DNA from: Planctomycetia bacterium TMED53
GTDB taxonomy: Bacteria; Planctomycetota; UBA8108; UBA1146
Direction: 5' to 3'
NCBI GenBank assembly: GCA_002167285.1
Contig: NHDG01000067.1
Location: 22,093-86,092 of the forward strand
Length of the DNA stretch: 64,000 nt
The stretch's first letter is position 1, and the number at the start of each line of letters is the position of its first letter. Made by a program: the position numbers and the translations under genes. Under the pieces are notes generated by a model, which ran no database searches, was not told the origin of the DNA, and saw only the letters and a list, made by a program, of their open reading frames with translations. This document shows, piece after piece, positions 37,443 to 46,926 of the stretch.

Positions 37443-38479
37443 CAGGATTGACCTCCACCATTTGCGGCGAACGCCTCAGCAGCGAGGCCAAGAAACTCCA
37501 ACGCAGTCCCGCCGATCATTCTGTCCCGTTCGTATTGAGTCAGTCTTTCCATCGCTTCGATCATCGCTCCGGGGTGATCCTCTCCAAGAGGAAATGGATA
37601 GTCGCTCCCCAAGGCCAACTTATCGACTCCAAACATGTCCATCACTTGGTGCAACATGTCGGGATCGTGGACCAGAGTGTCGAGATAAAAGCGTCCGATG
37701 TAATCACTCGGTGTCCCGCACCCATTGACAGCGCAAAGATCTGGCCTCGCCTTGTAGCCCTTATCGATACGGGCAAGGGTTCCTGGGAAGGACCCACCAC
37801 CATGGGCAAAACAGATCTTCAGATCGGGAAGTCGATCGAAGACCCCGCCAAAGATCATCGAGCAGATAGCCAAGCTGGTCTCGGCAGGCATTCCCACTAA
37901 CCACGGTAAGAAGTATGAGCCCAATCGGTCTGCACCGAGCATGTCCCAAGGGTGAACGAAGATCGACACTCCCCTGCGTGCTGCGTGTTCAAGAACCGGA
38001 AACAACTCGGGGGCATCCAGGTTCCATTCACCACAGTGGGTTCCGATCTGTAATCCCGGAAACTTCAACTCATCGACGCAACGGTCCATCTCCAGGCATG
38101 CCAATTCTGGATCCTGCAGTGGTACCGTCCCGAGGCCAACAAATCTCTGCGGATGATCTTTGACCACCTCGGCGATGTGATCATTCAGCAACTTTGACAA
38201 GTCGAGGGCGTCCGCTGGTTTAGCCCAATAGCTAAACATGATAGGGACAGTCGAGAGCGCTTGAACATCGATTCCCTGCTGGTCACAGTCCTGAATCCTT
38301 CGTTCGGGACTCCAGCAACGATCATCGACTTCACGAAAAAATTTGCCATCCTTCCACAACCTCGCACAGCAAGGTGCATGGTGTTCGATGGTAACAAAGC
38401 CATCGTAGCCGTACCTCTGGGCGAGATCAGGCCACTGCTGTGGCAGGATGTGAGTATGCAAATCAATTTTGAGGGACAT
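37442..38479 (-). CDS. 2-amino-3-carboxymuconate-6-semialdehyde decarboxylase (amidohydrolase-2 family)
   Basis: KIDLHTHILP metal-binding N-terminus and the ACMSD-type TIM-barrel amidohydrolase are present. It overlaps the kynU start by 1 nt. Confidence 0.82.
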   Translation of the reverse strand: MSLKIDLHTHILPQQWPDLAQRYGYDGFVTIEHHAPCCARLWKDGKFFREVDDRCWSPERRIQDCDQQGIDVQALSTVPIMFSYWAKPADALDLSKLLNDHIAEVVKDHPQRFVGLGTVPLQDPELACLEMDRCVDELKFPGLQIGTHCGEWNLDAPELFPVLEHAARRGVSIFVHPWDMLGADRLGSYFLPWLVGMPAETSLAICSMIFGGVFDRLPDLKICFAHGGGSFPGTLARIDKGYKARPDLCAVNGCGTPSDYIGRFYLDTLVHDPDMLHQVMDMFGVDKLALGSDYPFPLGEDHPGAMIEAMERLTQYERDRMIGGTALEFLGLAAEAFAANGGGQS

Positions 38480-38562
38480 GGAGGTCTCCCGGAAACTCTT
38501 TAGTCAAAGAGGAAGTAAACAGTAGGGCGGTAAACCGCTAACTCAGAGAAACTCGACGTCGC

Positions 38563-39078
38563 CTAGTTGACTGGCTGAACCACAGCTCCGCATTTGGAAC
38601 AGGTCCGCTGATCCTCACTGGCCCAAAAGTTACCCAACAAAGGCTTTAACTGGCCAACGATGTCGGTGAGGACAAACTGGGCATGGAGGACCTCATGTTC
38701 GCAAACATCACAATAGACGACGAACTGATCCTCGACGCCTTCGGGTCGCTTGCGCTCCACCACCATACCTACAGTGCCTTCACCCCGCTGAGGTGAATGA
38801 GGGATTCCCGGTGGTAACAAGAAGACATCTCCTTCACGGATATGGATGTCTCTCTCTTCCCCATCCTCTTTGATACGGAGGACCATATCCCCCTCCAACT
38901 GGTGGAAGAACTCCTCTGTCTCATTGATGTGGTAATCTTTGCGCAAGTTCGGCCCACCGACGATCATGACTATGAAATCAGTGTCCTTCCAGACGACCTG
39001 ATTTCCCACCGGGGGCTTGAGAAGATGACGGTGTTCGTCGATCCACTCCTTGAGGGAAAATGCTGACAGTTTGGACAT
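38563..39078 (-). CDS. 3-hydroxyanthranilate 3,4-dioxygenase (cupin) with C-terminal rubredoxin-like Cys4 site
   Basis: HAAO cupin motifs (HINETEEFFHQLEGD ... GDVFLLPPGIPHSPQR) plus CDVCEH ... CSKCG. Confidence 0.85.
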   Translation of the reverse strand: MSKLSAFSLKEWIDEHRHLLKPPVGNQVVWKDTDFIVMIVGGPNLRKDYHINETEEFFHQLEGDMVLRIKEDGEERDIHIREGDVFLLPPGIPHSPQRGEGTVGMVVERKRPEGVEDQFVVYCDVCEHEVLHAQFVLTDIVGQLKPLLGNFWASEDQRTCSKCGAVVQPVN

Positions 39079-39240
39079 GGCGATCGCCTTTCCGGCTGGC
39101 GGTCCAGGCTGTTACCGCGGGGTCCTCTTGAACCCTCCACGGATATCGTTATACAGTAATCCTTTGCCCGAACTTCGGCAACTTGGCCAACGGGGGTATT
39201 CCCCCGAATCAGGCCTCGATAGCGACCAAAATCGCACGGA

Positions 39241-39981
39241 TTGGAAGATCGAGAGATGAGCTCTGAGGGATACCGGTTTCAACCTGGAGAATTTGAGAGA
39301 TTTGCCCCCGGGGTACAGGGGAACGCAGAGTACAACGATGCACGCCTCGAAGTGCGTCGAAAGCTCGATGAAATCGGTAAGGAAGGTGCTCAAGTCCTCT
39401 CCGATGGCGTCAGGGATTTCACCTCCCGAGCAAGTCTTCACCACCCCCACAAAATCAACAGCTTCAAGGTCGATCGTCAGTGGGTGTATCTCTCCCGCGG
39501 AGATCAGGAGCGTAAGGTTTTAGAAGCACGGCTTGGCCAAGGGATCGGCGAGGATCTCGGTAGTGATTACTTCCACGCCATCCTCGTTTTGGAAATTCAT
39601 CATCAAGGGTTGATGATCGGGCTGAAGATCCACCCAAAAGCTTGGTGGGATGGAGAAAATCTGCGGCGCCAAATGGGTAAGCAAGAATGCCGAGAAGCTC
39701 TCGGTGCGGCGATGAAAAACCTCAAAGGCTATCAACTCAGGATCCACGACCACAAGACTTCAAGACCTTGTGAAACGGTCGATGACATCGAATGGAAATC
39801 ACTACGAAGTCACTTCACTCCGGGTGAACACTGGATTCACATCGAGAAACAAATCGAAAAAGAGTCGATTTTCGTCACTTCCGGAGGGTTTCGTCAGCGA
39901 GTCATCGACGAATGGGAGCGCTTACTTCCCGCCTATCGTCTCTTCGGCTGGCACCCAACGAATGATCAGCTCTTCGCTTAA
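39241..39981 (+). CDS. Hypothetical protein, divergent from the kyn operon
   Basis: 246-aa ORF with coherent coding composition. No recognisable motif. It shares a 162-bp intergenic region with HAAO. Confidence 0.45.
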   Translation: MEDREMSSEGYRFQPGEFERFAPGVQGNAEYNDARLEVRRKLDEIGKEGAQVLSDGVRDFTSRASLHHPHKINSFKVDRQWVYLSRGDQERKVLEARLGQGIGEDLGSDYFHAILVLEIHHQGLMIGLKIHPKAWWDGENLRRQMGKQECREALGAAMKNLKGYQLRIHDHKTSRPCETVDDIEWKSLRSHFTPGEHWIHIEKQIEKESIFVTSGGFRQRVIDEWERLLPAYRLFGWHPTNDQLFA

Positions 39982-40028
39982 ACCTGTGCTAAAGACATCG
40001 TTGACTACATCGTTCATCCGTCACGGTT

Positions 40029-43000
40029 TTGCTGGATAATGGCAGCCGGGAGGTTTCGATGAGATCGGTTTCGATGCGACGCCGTTTGGGAATGCTGATT
40101 CTAGTCACCATGTCCTGCAGCCTGACAGTGGCGAGCGGCTCAGATTCCGTATCCAATCCTCCCGATTTTGCCGCCGACGTGCGGCCCATCCTTTCGCGCC
40201 ATTGTCTACCCTGTCACGGCCCAGACCAGCAAACCCGGCGTGGCAGCCTGAGACTCGATCTTGAGGAAGAAGCTCTCGAAGTCATCACTCCTGGAAACTC
40301 CTCAGCCAGCTTGCTGGGACAACGCATCACCAGTGCTGACCCTGAAGATCAAATGCCTCCCTCTGATTTTCATGAGTCTTTGGATGATCGTGAAAAAGCC
40401 ATCCTCCTCGAGTGGATCGACGGTGGTGCAAAGTGGCAGGAACACTGGAGCTTCATTGCCCCACAGCTCCCCGCTTTGCCAACAGAGACAGCCCACCCTA
40501 TCGACGCTTTCATCGATGCAGCCTTAGAGAAACAAGGACTCCTTGCAGCAGCCCCGGCAGCACCAGAAATCCTCGCACGCAGGGCTGCCCTCGACTTGAC
40601 TGGCTTACCCCCGGAATTGGCAGATCTCGACAACTATCTCGCTGATCACGCCAATGATCCGGAGGGAGCATGGCAACGTTGGCTCGATCATCTACTGTCA
40701 TTGCCATCCTACGGAGAACGTTGGGCGAGCCCATGGCTCGACCTGGCTCGCTATGCCGATACCAAAGGTTACGAACAGGATGGCCATCGAAACATCTGGC
40801 CCTGGCGCGATTGGGTGATTCGCGCGCTCAATGATGACATGCCATTCGATCGCTTCACCCTCGAGCAGATCGCAGGCGATCTTCTCACCGATGCAGATAC
40901 CAAAACTCGCATCGCCACGGCATTCCATCGCAACACCCTGACCAACGACGAGGGTGGAACCCAAGATGAAGAGTTTCGCGTCGCAGCGGTCGTCGATCGA
41001 GTCAATACGACGATGCAAGTTTGGATGGGACTCACCGCATCGTGCGCTCAATGCCATGACCACAAATACGACCCACTCTCCCAAGAGGAGTACTACCAAC
41101 TTTACGATGTCTTCAATCAAACCGAAGATGCCGATCGTAATGATGAGTTTCCGACGCTGAGCTACTTACCAGAGCCGGATCAGCAGGAGTTACAAAAAGC
41201 AAAGTCTGAATTGGAAGAATTGCAGCAACGCTACCGAAGCGAACCGTTGCCAGAAGTCGATCGCACCAATATCCCCCTGCAAGACAACTCGCGTAACCTG
41301 GTTTGGTCTGGATACAGCTTGCCACTAGCAAATGAGACCATCGATGACCGGGTCACACCCTGGGTATGGACCGCGCTCGATGAGATTGCCGCTCCGGGAA
41401 TCTCTCACGTCATTCACCAGACAGCCCCCGACCAACAAACACGTCAAGTTTACTTCGATCGCTGCCTGCATCCCGTAACCGTGGAAGAAGAAGATGTCTT
41501 TGCAATCCACGTACGGATTCGAAAAGCACCCAATACTTTGATGCTTCAGGTCCATGCAGCAGATGCATCCGCGTGGGAACACCGTGCCTACTGGGGAGAT
41601 GATCGTATCCCTTGGGGTCAGCCGGGAACTACTTCCCGCTGGCCTATGGAAACCGATTTAGACCCCTTACAAAATCGGGAATGGCAAGAGCTGCGGATTC
41701 CCGCAGCGGCCATCGGTATGCTCCCAGGGTCTCGCTTCGATGGACTCGCTTTGACTCAGGTCGGTGGCGAGATCGAATGGGGTGGCGTGCGACTGCTACG
41801 AAAAGCCCCCCCAACAAAGCATCCTGAAGTATTCTTTCCGCAATTCATCGAAAGCTCCTCTGAGTACCATCTCGATCTGCTCCCCGAAGAGATTCGATCA
41901 GCCCTCGCTGAAGCCAGTACTGACAATTCTGCGGATCTTACTCAGCTAGAAAATTGGTGGCGCCGAGAAATCTCACCCTTCGGCCGCCGGGCGCTCTTTC
42001 CACTCAAGATGGAGATAGCGCGCAAACGTGAAGAGATCGCCGGCATCGAAAGACGTGCCCTTTCTCTACCGATTTTGAATGCATTGGCTCCCGAAAATGC
42101 ACGCCTTACCCATCTTTTGGAGCGGGGTTCTTATCTGCAACCAGGTCCACAGGTCTCTGCGGCGACACCGGGGTTTCTTCCACCCCTCGCCAATTCAGAA
42201 GAAGCGGCTCGCCTACGTTTCGCCCGCTGGCTCGTCGATGCAAAGAACCCTCTCACCGCAAGGGTGCAGGTCAATCGTATCTGGGAGCAGATCTTCGGAC
42301 TGGGACTCGTTCCTACCGTCGAAGATCTCGGAACCCAAGGGGATCTTCCCAGCCATCCGCAGCTCCTAGACTACCTGGCGATCACTTGGCAAAACGAGGA
42401 CAGCTGGAGCATGAAGAAGCTGCTGCGCCGCATCCTGAGCAGTGAAACCTATCGCCGCAGTAGCCAACTCAGTGAGAACCAACTCAAACTCGATCCGCAA
42501 AATCGTTGGCTCGCCCGTGCACCCCGTGTTCGTCTTCCCGCAGAGACGATCCGTGATCAAGCATTAGCGATCGGCGGATTGTTGTCTCCAAAGATGCATG
42601 GACCTCCTGTTTATCCACCGCAGCCGGATGGCGTCTGGCAGGTGGTCTACAACGGTTCCCAATGGCCAACCAGCAGTGGAGAAGATCGGGTGCGTCGCAG
42701 CATCTATACTTACTGGCGACGTACAGCTCCTTACCCAGCAATGTTGATCTTCGATTCACCGGATCGACAGGTATGCCAATCGAGAAGGATACGTACCAAC
42801 ACACCCTTACAAGCTTTAGTCACGCTCAATGATCCTGTCTACATCGAAGCTGCCGGTGGTCTAGCCCACCGTAGCTTGATGAAAGATGGCAATATTTCAG
42901 AGGCTCTGCGCCATGCATTCCGTCTCGCCACCTCCCGTTTTCCCGACGATCAGGAATTGGCAACTCTGCGAACTTACTTCACAGAGCAACGTGCACATTT

Positions 43001-43145
43001 CCTACAAAAACCGAATCAGGCGACACGACTCCTGGAATCAGCGAAATGGACTCAGGCGTCAACTGAAGATCTTGCCTCTAAAGCAGCGCTGGTGATGGCT
43101 GCAAATGTGATTCTTAATCTCGATGAAGTCTTGGTGAGGAGATAA
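40029..43145 (+). CDS. PSCyt1 (Planctomycete cytochrome c) - DUF1549 (PSCyt2) - DUF1553 (PSD1) protein
   Basis: Signal peptide and a CLPCHG heme-binding motif near the N-terminus. The DUF1549 region contains IDAFIDAALE ... LDLTGLPP. The C-terminal DUF1553 region contains LIFDSPDRQ ... TNTPLQAL. Confidence 0.85.
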   Translation: MLDNGSREVSMRSVSMRRRLGMLILVTMSCSLTVASGSDSVSNPPDFAADVRPILSRHCLPCHGPDQQTRRGSLRLDLEEEALEVITPGNSSASLLGQRITSADPEDQMPPSDFHESLDDREKAILLEWIDGGAKWQEHWSFIAPQLPALPTETAHPIDAFIDAALEKQGLLAAAPAAPEILARRAALDLTGLPPELADLDNYLADHANDPEGAWQRWLDHLLSLPSYGERWASPWLDLARYADTKGYEQDGHRNIWPWRDWVIRALNDDMPFDRFTLEQIAGDLLTDADTKTRIATAFHRNTLTNDEGGTQDEEFRVAAVVDRVNTTMQVWMGLTASCAQCHDHKYDPLSQEEYYQLYDVFNQTEDADRNDEFPTLSYLPEPDQQELQKAKSELEELQQRYRSEPLPEVDRTNIPLQDNSRNLVWSGYSLPLANETIDDRVTPWVWTALDEIAAPGISHVIHQTAPDQQTRQVYFDRCLHPVTVEEEDVFAIHVRIRKAPNTLMLQVHAADASAWEHRAYWGDDRIPWGQPGTTSRWPMETDLDPLQNREWQELRIPAAAIGMLPGSRFDGLALTQVGGEIEWGGVRLLRKAPPTKHPEVFFPQFIESSSEYHLDLLPEEIRSALAEASTDNSADLTQLENWWRREISPFGRRALFPLKMEIARKREEIAGIERRALSLPILNALAPENARLTHLLERGSYLQPGPQVSAATPGFLPPLANSEEAARLRFARWLVDAKNPLTARVQVNRIWEQIFGLGLVPTVEDLGTQGDLPSHPQLLDYLAITWQNEDSWSMKKLLRRILSSETYRRSSQLSENQLKLDPQNRWLARAPRVRLPAETIRDQALAIGGLLSPKMHGPPVYPPQPDGVWQVVYNGSQWPTSSGEDRVRRSIYTYWRRTAPYPAMLIFDSPDRQVCQSRRIRTNTPLQALVTLNDPVYIEAAGGLAHRSLMKDGNISEALRHAFRLATSRFPDDQELATLRTYFTEQRAHFLQKPNQATRLLESAKWTQASTEDLASKAALVMAANVILNLDEVLVRR

Positions 43146-43147
43146 CG

Positions 43148-44602
43148 ATGGAAACTCACGATCAGCATTTCCTCGAACATCATCGTGAAATCACCCGCCG
43201 CTGGTTCCTCGGCAAGATAGGCCTCGGCATTGGAGGCATCGCCTTCTCAGGCATCGGCCAAAATTTGCTAGGATCCTCCACCACCAACGATTTATGGACA
43301 CCTGGAGATCCCCACTTCCAGCCGCGAGCACGTCGTGTCATCGCCATCCATTTGGCGGGTTCACCTCCACAGCAGGATCTCTTTGACCCGAAACCGCTTC
43401 TTAAAGAGTTGGATGGGCAACCGTGCCCCGATCATCTGATGACGAATGAGATCTTCCCCTTTATCAAAGGTCACCCGAAGATTCTCGCCAGCCCTTACGA
43501 GTTCCAGCGTCATCCAAAAACCGGAATGCACTTCTCCGAACTGATGCCGGAGTTAAGTAAAGTTTCCGAAGAGATCTGCATGATCCGTTCAATGCACACC
43601 GAACAGTTCAATCACGCTCCGGCACAGATGTTTATCTACACCGGATCGCCCCGCTTCGGACGGCCCTCGATGGGATCTTGGCTCACCTGGGGGCTCGGAA
43701 GTGCTAATCAAAATTTGCCCGCTTACGTAGTCCTCGTTTCCGGAGGTAAAACACCCAGTTCAGGCAAGAGTGTCTGGGGCTCCGGTTTCCTTCCATCGGT
43801 GCATCAAGGGGTTCAATGCCGTACCAGCGGAGATCCCGTTCTTTACTTGGGGAACCCTCCCGGAGTCGATGGCGTCACTCGCCGAGGCAGCATCGATGCG
43901 ATTCAAGCTCTCGACCGCATCGCTGCGGCAAAAGATGCAGACCCTGAGACGATCACCCGTATCGAGCAATACGAACTCGCCTATCGCATGCAAACTTCCG
44001 TACCGGAGGTGATGGATCTCGATAAAGAAGATCCCAAGACACTGGAGATGTATGGCATCGGCGATGAGCCCTCTAGCTTCGCTCGAAATTGTCTCCTCGC
44101 CCGTAGAATGGTCGAACAGGATGTTCGCTTTGTGCAGCTCTTCGACTGGGGTTGGGATACCCATGGCACGAATCCCAGCGATGACATCATCCATCAGTTA
44201 CCGAAAAAGTGTCAGGAGACGGATCGACCTGTCGCCGCTCTCATCAAAGACCTTCGCCAACGGGGGCTACTCGACGATACGTTAGTGATTTGGACCGGTG
44301 AGTTTGGCCGTACAGCGATGAATGAAGAGCGCAATGGCTCTACCTATCTGGGCCGAGATCATCACCCCCACTGCTATTCGATGTGGATGGCTGGCGGAGG
44401 AGTCAAAGGTGGGTACACCCATGGTGAAACCGATGAATTCGGTTACAGCATCACCCGTGATCCGGTTCATGTTCACGATCTACAAGCGACGATCTTGCAA
44501 CTGATGGGTTTCGACCACGAGCAGTTAACATATCCATACCAAGGGCGCGATTTCCGTCTCACCGACGTTCACGGTAAGGTCATCTCTGACCTCTTGAGCT
44601 AA
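43148..44602 (+). CDS. DUF1501 (sulfatase-like) protein with Tat signal
   Basis: Tat motif RRWFLGKIGLGIGG. Alkaline-phosphatase-superfamily core (FDWGWDTHG, GRDHHP). It is the canonical partner of DUF1549/DUF1553 genes. Confidence 0.85.
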   Translation: METHDQHFLEHHREITRRWFLGKIGLGIGGIAFSGIGQNLLGSSTTNDLWTPGDPHFQPRARRVIAIHLAGSPPQQDLFDPKPLLKELDGQPCPDHLMTNEIFPFIKGHPKILASPYEFQRHPKTGMHFSELMPELSKVSEEICMIRSMHTEQFNHAPAQMFIYTGSPRFGRPSMGSWLTWGLGSANQNLPAYVVLVSGGKTPSSGKSVWGSGFLPSVHQGVQCRTSGDPVLYLGNPPGVDGVTRRGSIDAIQALDRIAAAKDADPETITRIEQYELAYRMQTSVPEVMDLDKEDPKTLEMYGIGDEPSSFARNCLLARRMVEQDVRFVQLFDWGWDTHGTNPSDDIIHQLPKKCQETDRPVAALIKDLRQRGLLDDTLVIWTGEFGRTAMNEERNGSTYLGRDHHPHCYSMWMAGGGVKGGYTHGETDEFGYSITRDPVHVHDLQATILQLMGFDHEQLTYPYQGRDFRLTDVHGKVISDLLS

Positions 44603-44613
44603 AGGATTTCCCG

Positions 44614-45165
44614 ATGGCGATCTTACAAAAGTTGACGACCGATCGCCTGATCCTGCGCTCTTGGGAATCCTCAGATTTAGATCCACTCGCTGAAATGATG
44701 GCGGACCCCCTCTACAACCGATTTATGCCTGGCCCTTTCCCCCGCATTGAGGCTGAAAAGAGATTTCAGAAGATCCAATCACAGATCGATGAGACGGGAT
44801 TCGGGACTTGGGTCGTGGAACTCCCTGAAAAGGCGAGCTTCATCGGTTTCGTGGGGTTAGCAATCCCCAGTCATCAGCTTCCCTGTAGCCCTTGCGTCGA
44901 AATCGGCTGGCACTTTCAATCTCGTTTCTGGGGAAAGGGGTATGCCACTGAAGCTGCCCAAGAAGTGGTGCGCTGGGGATTCGTCGAGAAAGAACTTGAT
45001 GAAATCGTCGCCTTCACGGTTCCTGAGAATCTCCCATCAATACGTATTATGGAAAAATTAGGAATGATCCATGACCCTAGCGGAGACTTTGCTCATCCTG
45101 CTCTTCCGCAGGATCATCGTTTAAGTCATCACATTCTCTACCGTAAGAAAAACCCGGATGGCTAA
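44614..45165 (+). CDS. GNAT-family N-acetyltransferase (RimJ/RimL-like)
   Basis: Acetyl-CoA binding motif region (QSRFWGKGYATEAAQEVVRWGF). Confidence 0.75.
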   Translation: MAILQKLTTDRLILRSWESSDLDPLAEMMADPLYNRFMPGPFPRIEAEKRFQKIQSQIDETGFGTWVVELPEKASFIGFVGLAIPSHQLPCSPCVEIGWHFQSRFWGKGYATEAAQEVVRWGFVEKELDEIVAFTVPENLPSIRIMEKLGMIHDPSGDFAHPALPQDHRLSHHILYRKKNPDG

Positions 45166-46910
45166 GGAAGAACCCAGCACTCTTGAACTTGGTTGTTGTT
45201 CAGATTCACATCTGGGCCGGGGAATGGGTAAGGTGGTGCCGGTGAATCGCCACCCTGGAAGATTAGAGAGATAATCTGAATCGCATCTGAAACGGTAACG
45301 AATCCGTCGTCTTCGAAATCACAGGCATTCACGCAACCGGTGAGCTCTTGTCCTCCGAAGAGATAAGCCAGTAGCAGCAGAGCGTCTGATATTTGAACCA
45401 ATGTATTTCCATCGCAATCACCGCGGATGAAACAGTGGCCGAAACCTGGTGTTTCAAATGCACCAAGATCTCTTCGAAGGCCTTGCGGGCGTATGACACC
45501 GTCGATGTCTGTAGCGGGAAGACCCGGGTAATCATCAGTCCCCTCGTCGATTGCTGCCGAGCATTCCCCCGGATAACCGAAGTCATCCAGATCAGCATCT
45601 AATTGAAAAACGAGCGGCTCTGCTGGATCAGCTCCCTGCATTACCACATGAATCAATTGGAAATCCGATTGGGGCCCTCTGGAGATACCGGTTTGCTGAG
45701 TCGCCTGATTACGCCAAATGATGCTGTTGACCACGTTTGGATAACACAAGTTGTCTGCTCGAATACCTCCACCGAATCCATGGGTTGAATTACGGTCGAT
45801 AGTGCAATGCAAAATCTCCGGAGAGACCCCTTCGATGCAGGAAATTCCTCCACCCGCTTCGGTGGCGTGATTCTGCATAATTAGGCAATTCTCGATAACG
45901 GGATCCCCCAAGATCCTGGCAAGAATTCCACCGCCCTTGAATCCTGCAGTGTTTCCGACGATGCGGAGCCTGCGATAGGTAGAAAAGGTCTCAAAGTTAA
46001 AGATTCCGCCGCCAGCATTCACTGCGCTGTTACCGCTAATGACGCTATCAACCAAGTCGATATCGCAGAAGTGGGTCACACCCAAGCCACCCCCATCGTT
46101 GGCACTGTTTTGGATGATCTGCATATCCGAGAGGGAAAGATTGCAAAACTGCTCAAACAATCCTCCTCCGCCTTCATCGATCGCTTGATTGCCATCGACG
46201 AGGCAATTCGTCATCGACCCACTGACCCCGGACATCAAAAAGCCACCCCCTGATTCACTGCTGTTGGCAGTGAAATCACATTGGTCGATCACGACTATCG
46301 CTTCGCCACCAGCGTAGAGACCTCCACCCCAGCCAGTGGCAACGTTGTCCATGATCACCGTATCGAATAGCTGACAAGAACCTCCCTGAATCGAAATTCC
46401 TGCCCCCTGGTTGGAGAAATTATTCATCACCAGGCAACCTTCGATGGAGACGGTCGAATACTCCGCATGCAATCCACCGCCATTGGCTGCGGAATTGCCC
46501 AAGAGGACGCAATCCTTGATTTCAGCATTGGTCTCCAGAAGGACGATCCCACCCCCACAAAGGGTTAATGGATCGCCACAACTCACTCCAAATCCATTTT
46601 GTACTGTGAAGCCTTCTAACCGACTGAGTCCGGAAGGAGCGTCGATTCTCACTACTGTGAGAAATGAACCCTCTCCTTCAAGGATCGTCTGGTCTGCCCC
46701 ATCAAGTCCGATGATTTCGATGGCTTTACCATCGAAATCCACCAACTCTGGATAGGTTCCAGCGGAGACTAGAATCCTGTCTCCATCTGAGGAAGCAGCG
46801 ATGGCTTCGTTAATCGTCGCGAACTGCAAAGGGACCTGTCGGTCAATCGCCATGAGCGCGCCGGGAAACAGTATCAACAGAAGTACGTTCGACAATACAA
46901 ATCTGAACAC
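45162..46910 (-). CDS. Secreted right-handed parallel beta-helix (PbH1/pectate-lyase-like) repeat protein with C-terminal dockerin-like module
   Basis: There are many G-rich beta-helix rungs (NGGGLHA, QGAGISIQGG, GWGGGLYAGG, SGGGFL, GGGIFN, GGGISC, GGGIRA). The C-terminal EF-hand-like pair ends in PPYPFP. GTG at 46910 is preceded by GAGGA 5 nt upstream. This gives a clean signal peptide and removes the overlap with the upstream gene (the track start is 46979). Confidence 0.62.
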   Translation of the reverse strand: MFRFVLSNVLLLILFPGALMAIDRQVPLQFATINEAIAASSDGDRILVSAGTYPELVDFDGKAIEIIGLDGADQTILEGEGSFLTVVRIDAPSGLSRLEGFTVQNGFGVSCGDPLTLCGGGIVLLETNAEIKDCVLLGNSAANGGGLHAEYSTVSIEGCLVMNNFSNQGAGISIQGGSCQLFDTVIMDNVATGWGGGLYAGGEAIVVIDQCDFTANSSESGGGFLMSGVSGSMTNCLVDGNQAIDEGGGGLFEQFCNLSLSDMQIIQNSANDGGGLGVTHFCDIDLVDSVISGNSAVNAGGGIFNFETFSTYRRLRIVGNTAGFKGGGILARILGDPVIENCLIMQNHATEAGGGISCIEGVSPEILHCTIDRNSTHGFGGGIRADNLCYPNVVNSIIWRNQATQQTGISRGPQSDFQLIHVVMQGADPAEPLVFQLDADLDDFGYPGECSAAIDEGTDDYPGLPATDIDGVIRPQGLRRDLGAFETPGFGHCFIRGDCDGNTLVQISDALLLLAYLFGGQELTGCVNACDFEDDGFVTVSDAIQIISLIFQGGDSPAPPYPFPGPDVNLNNNQVQECWVLP

Positions 46911-46926
46911 GAGGATCCTCAAGGAG

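Noticed and set aside
40698-41120. 140-aa minus-strand ORF
   Set aside because: It is antisense to the PSCyt1/DUF1549/DUF1553 gene.
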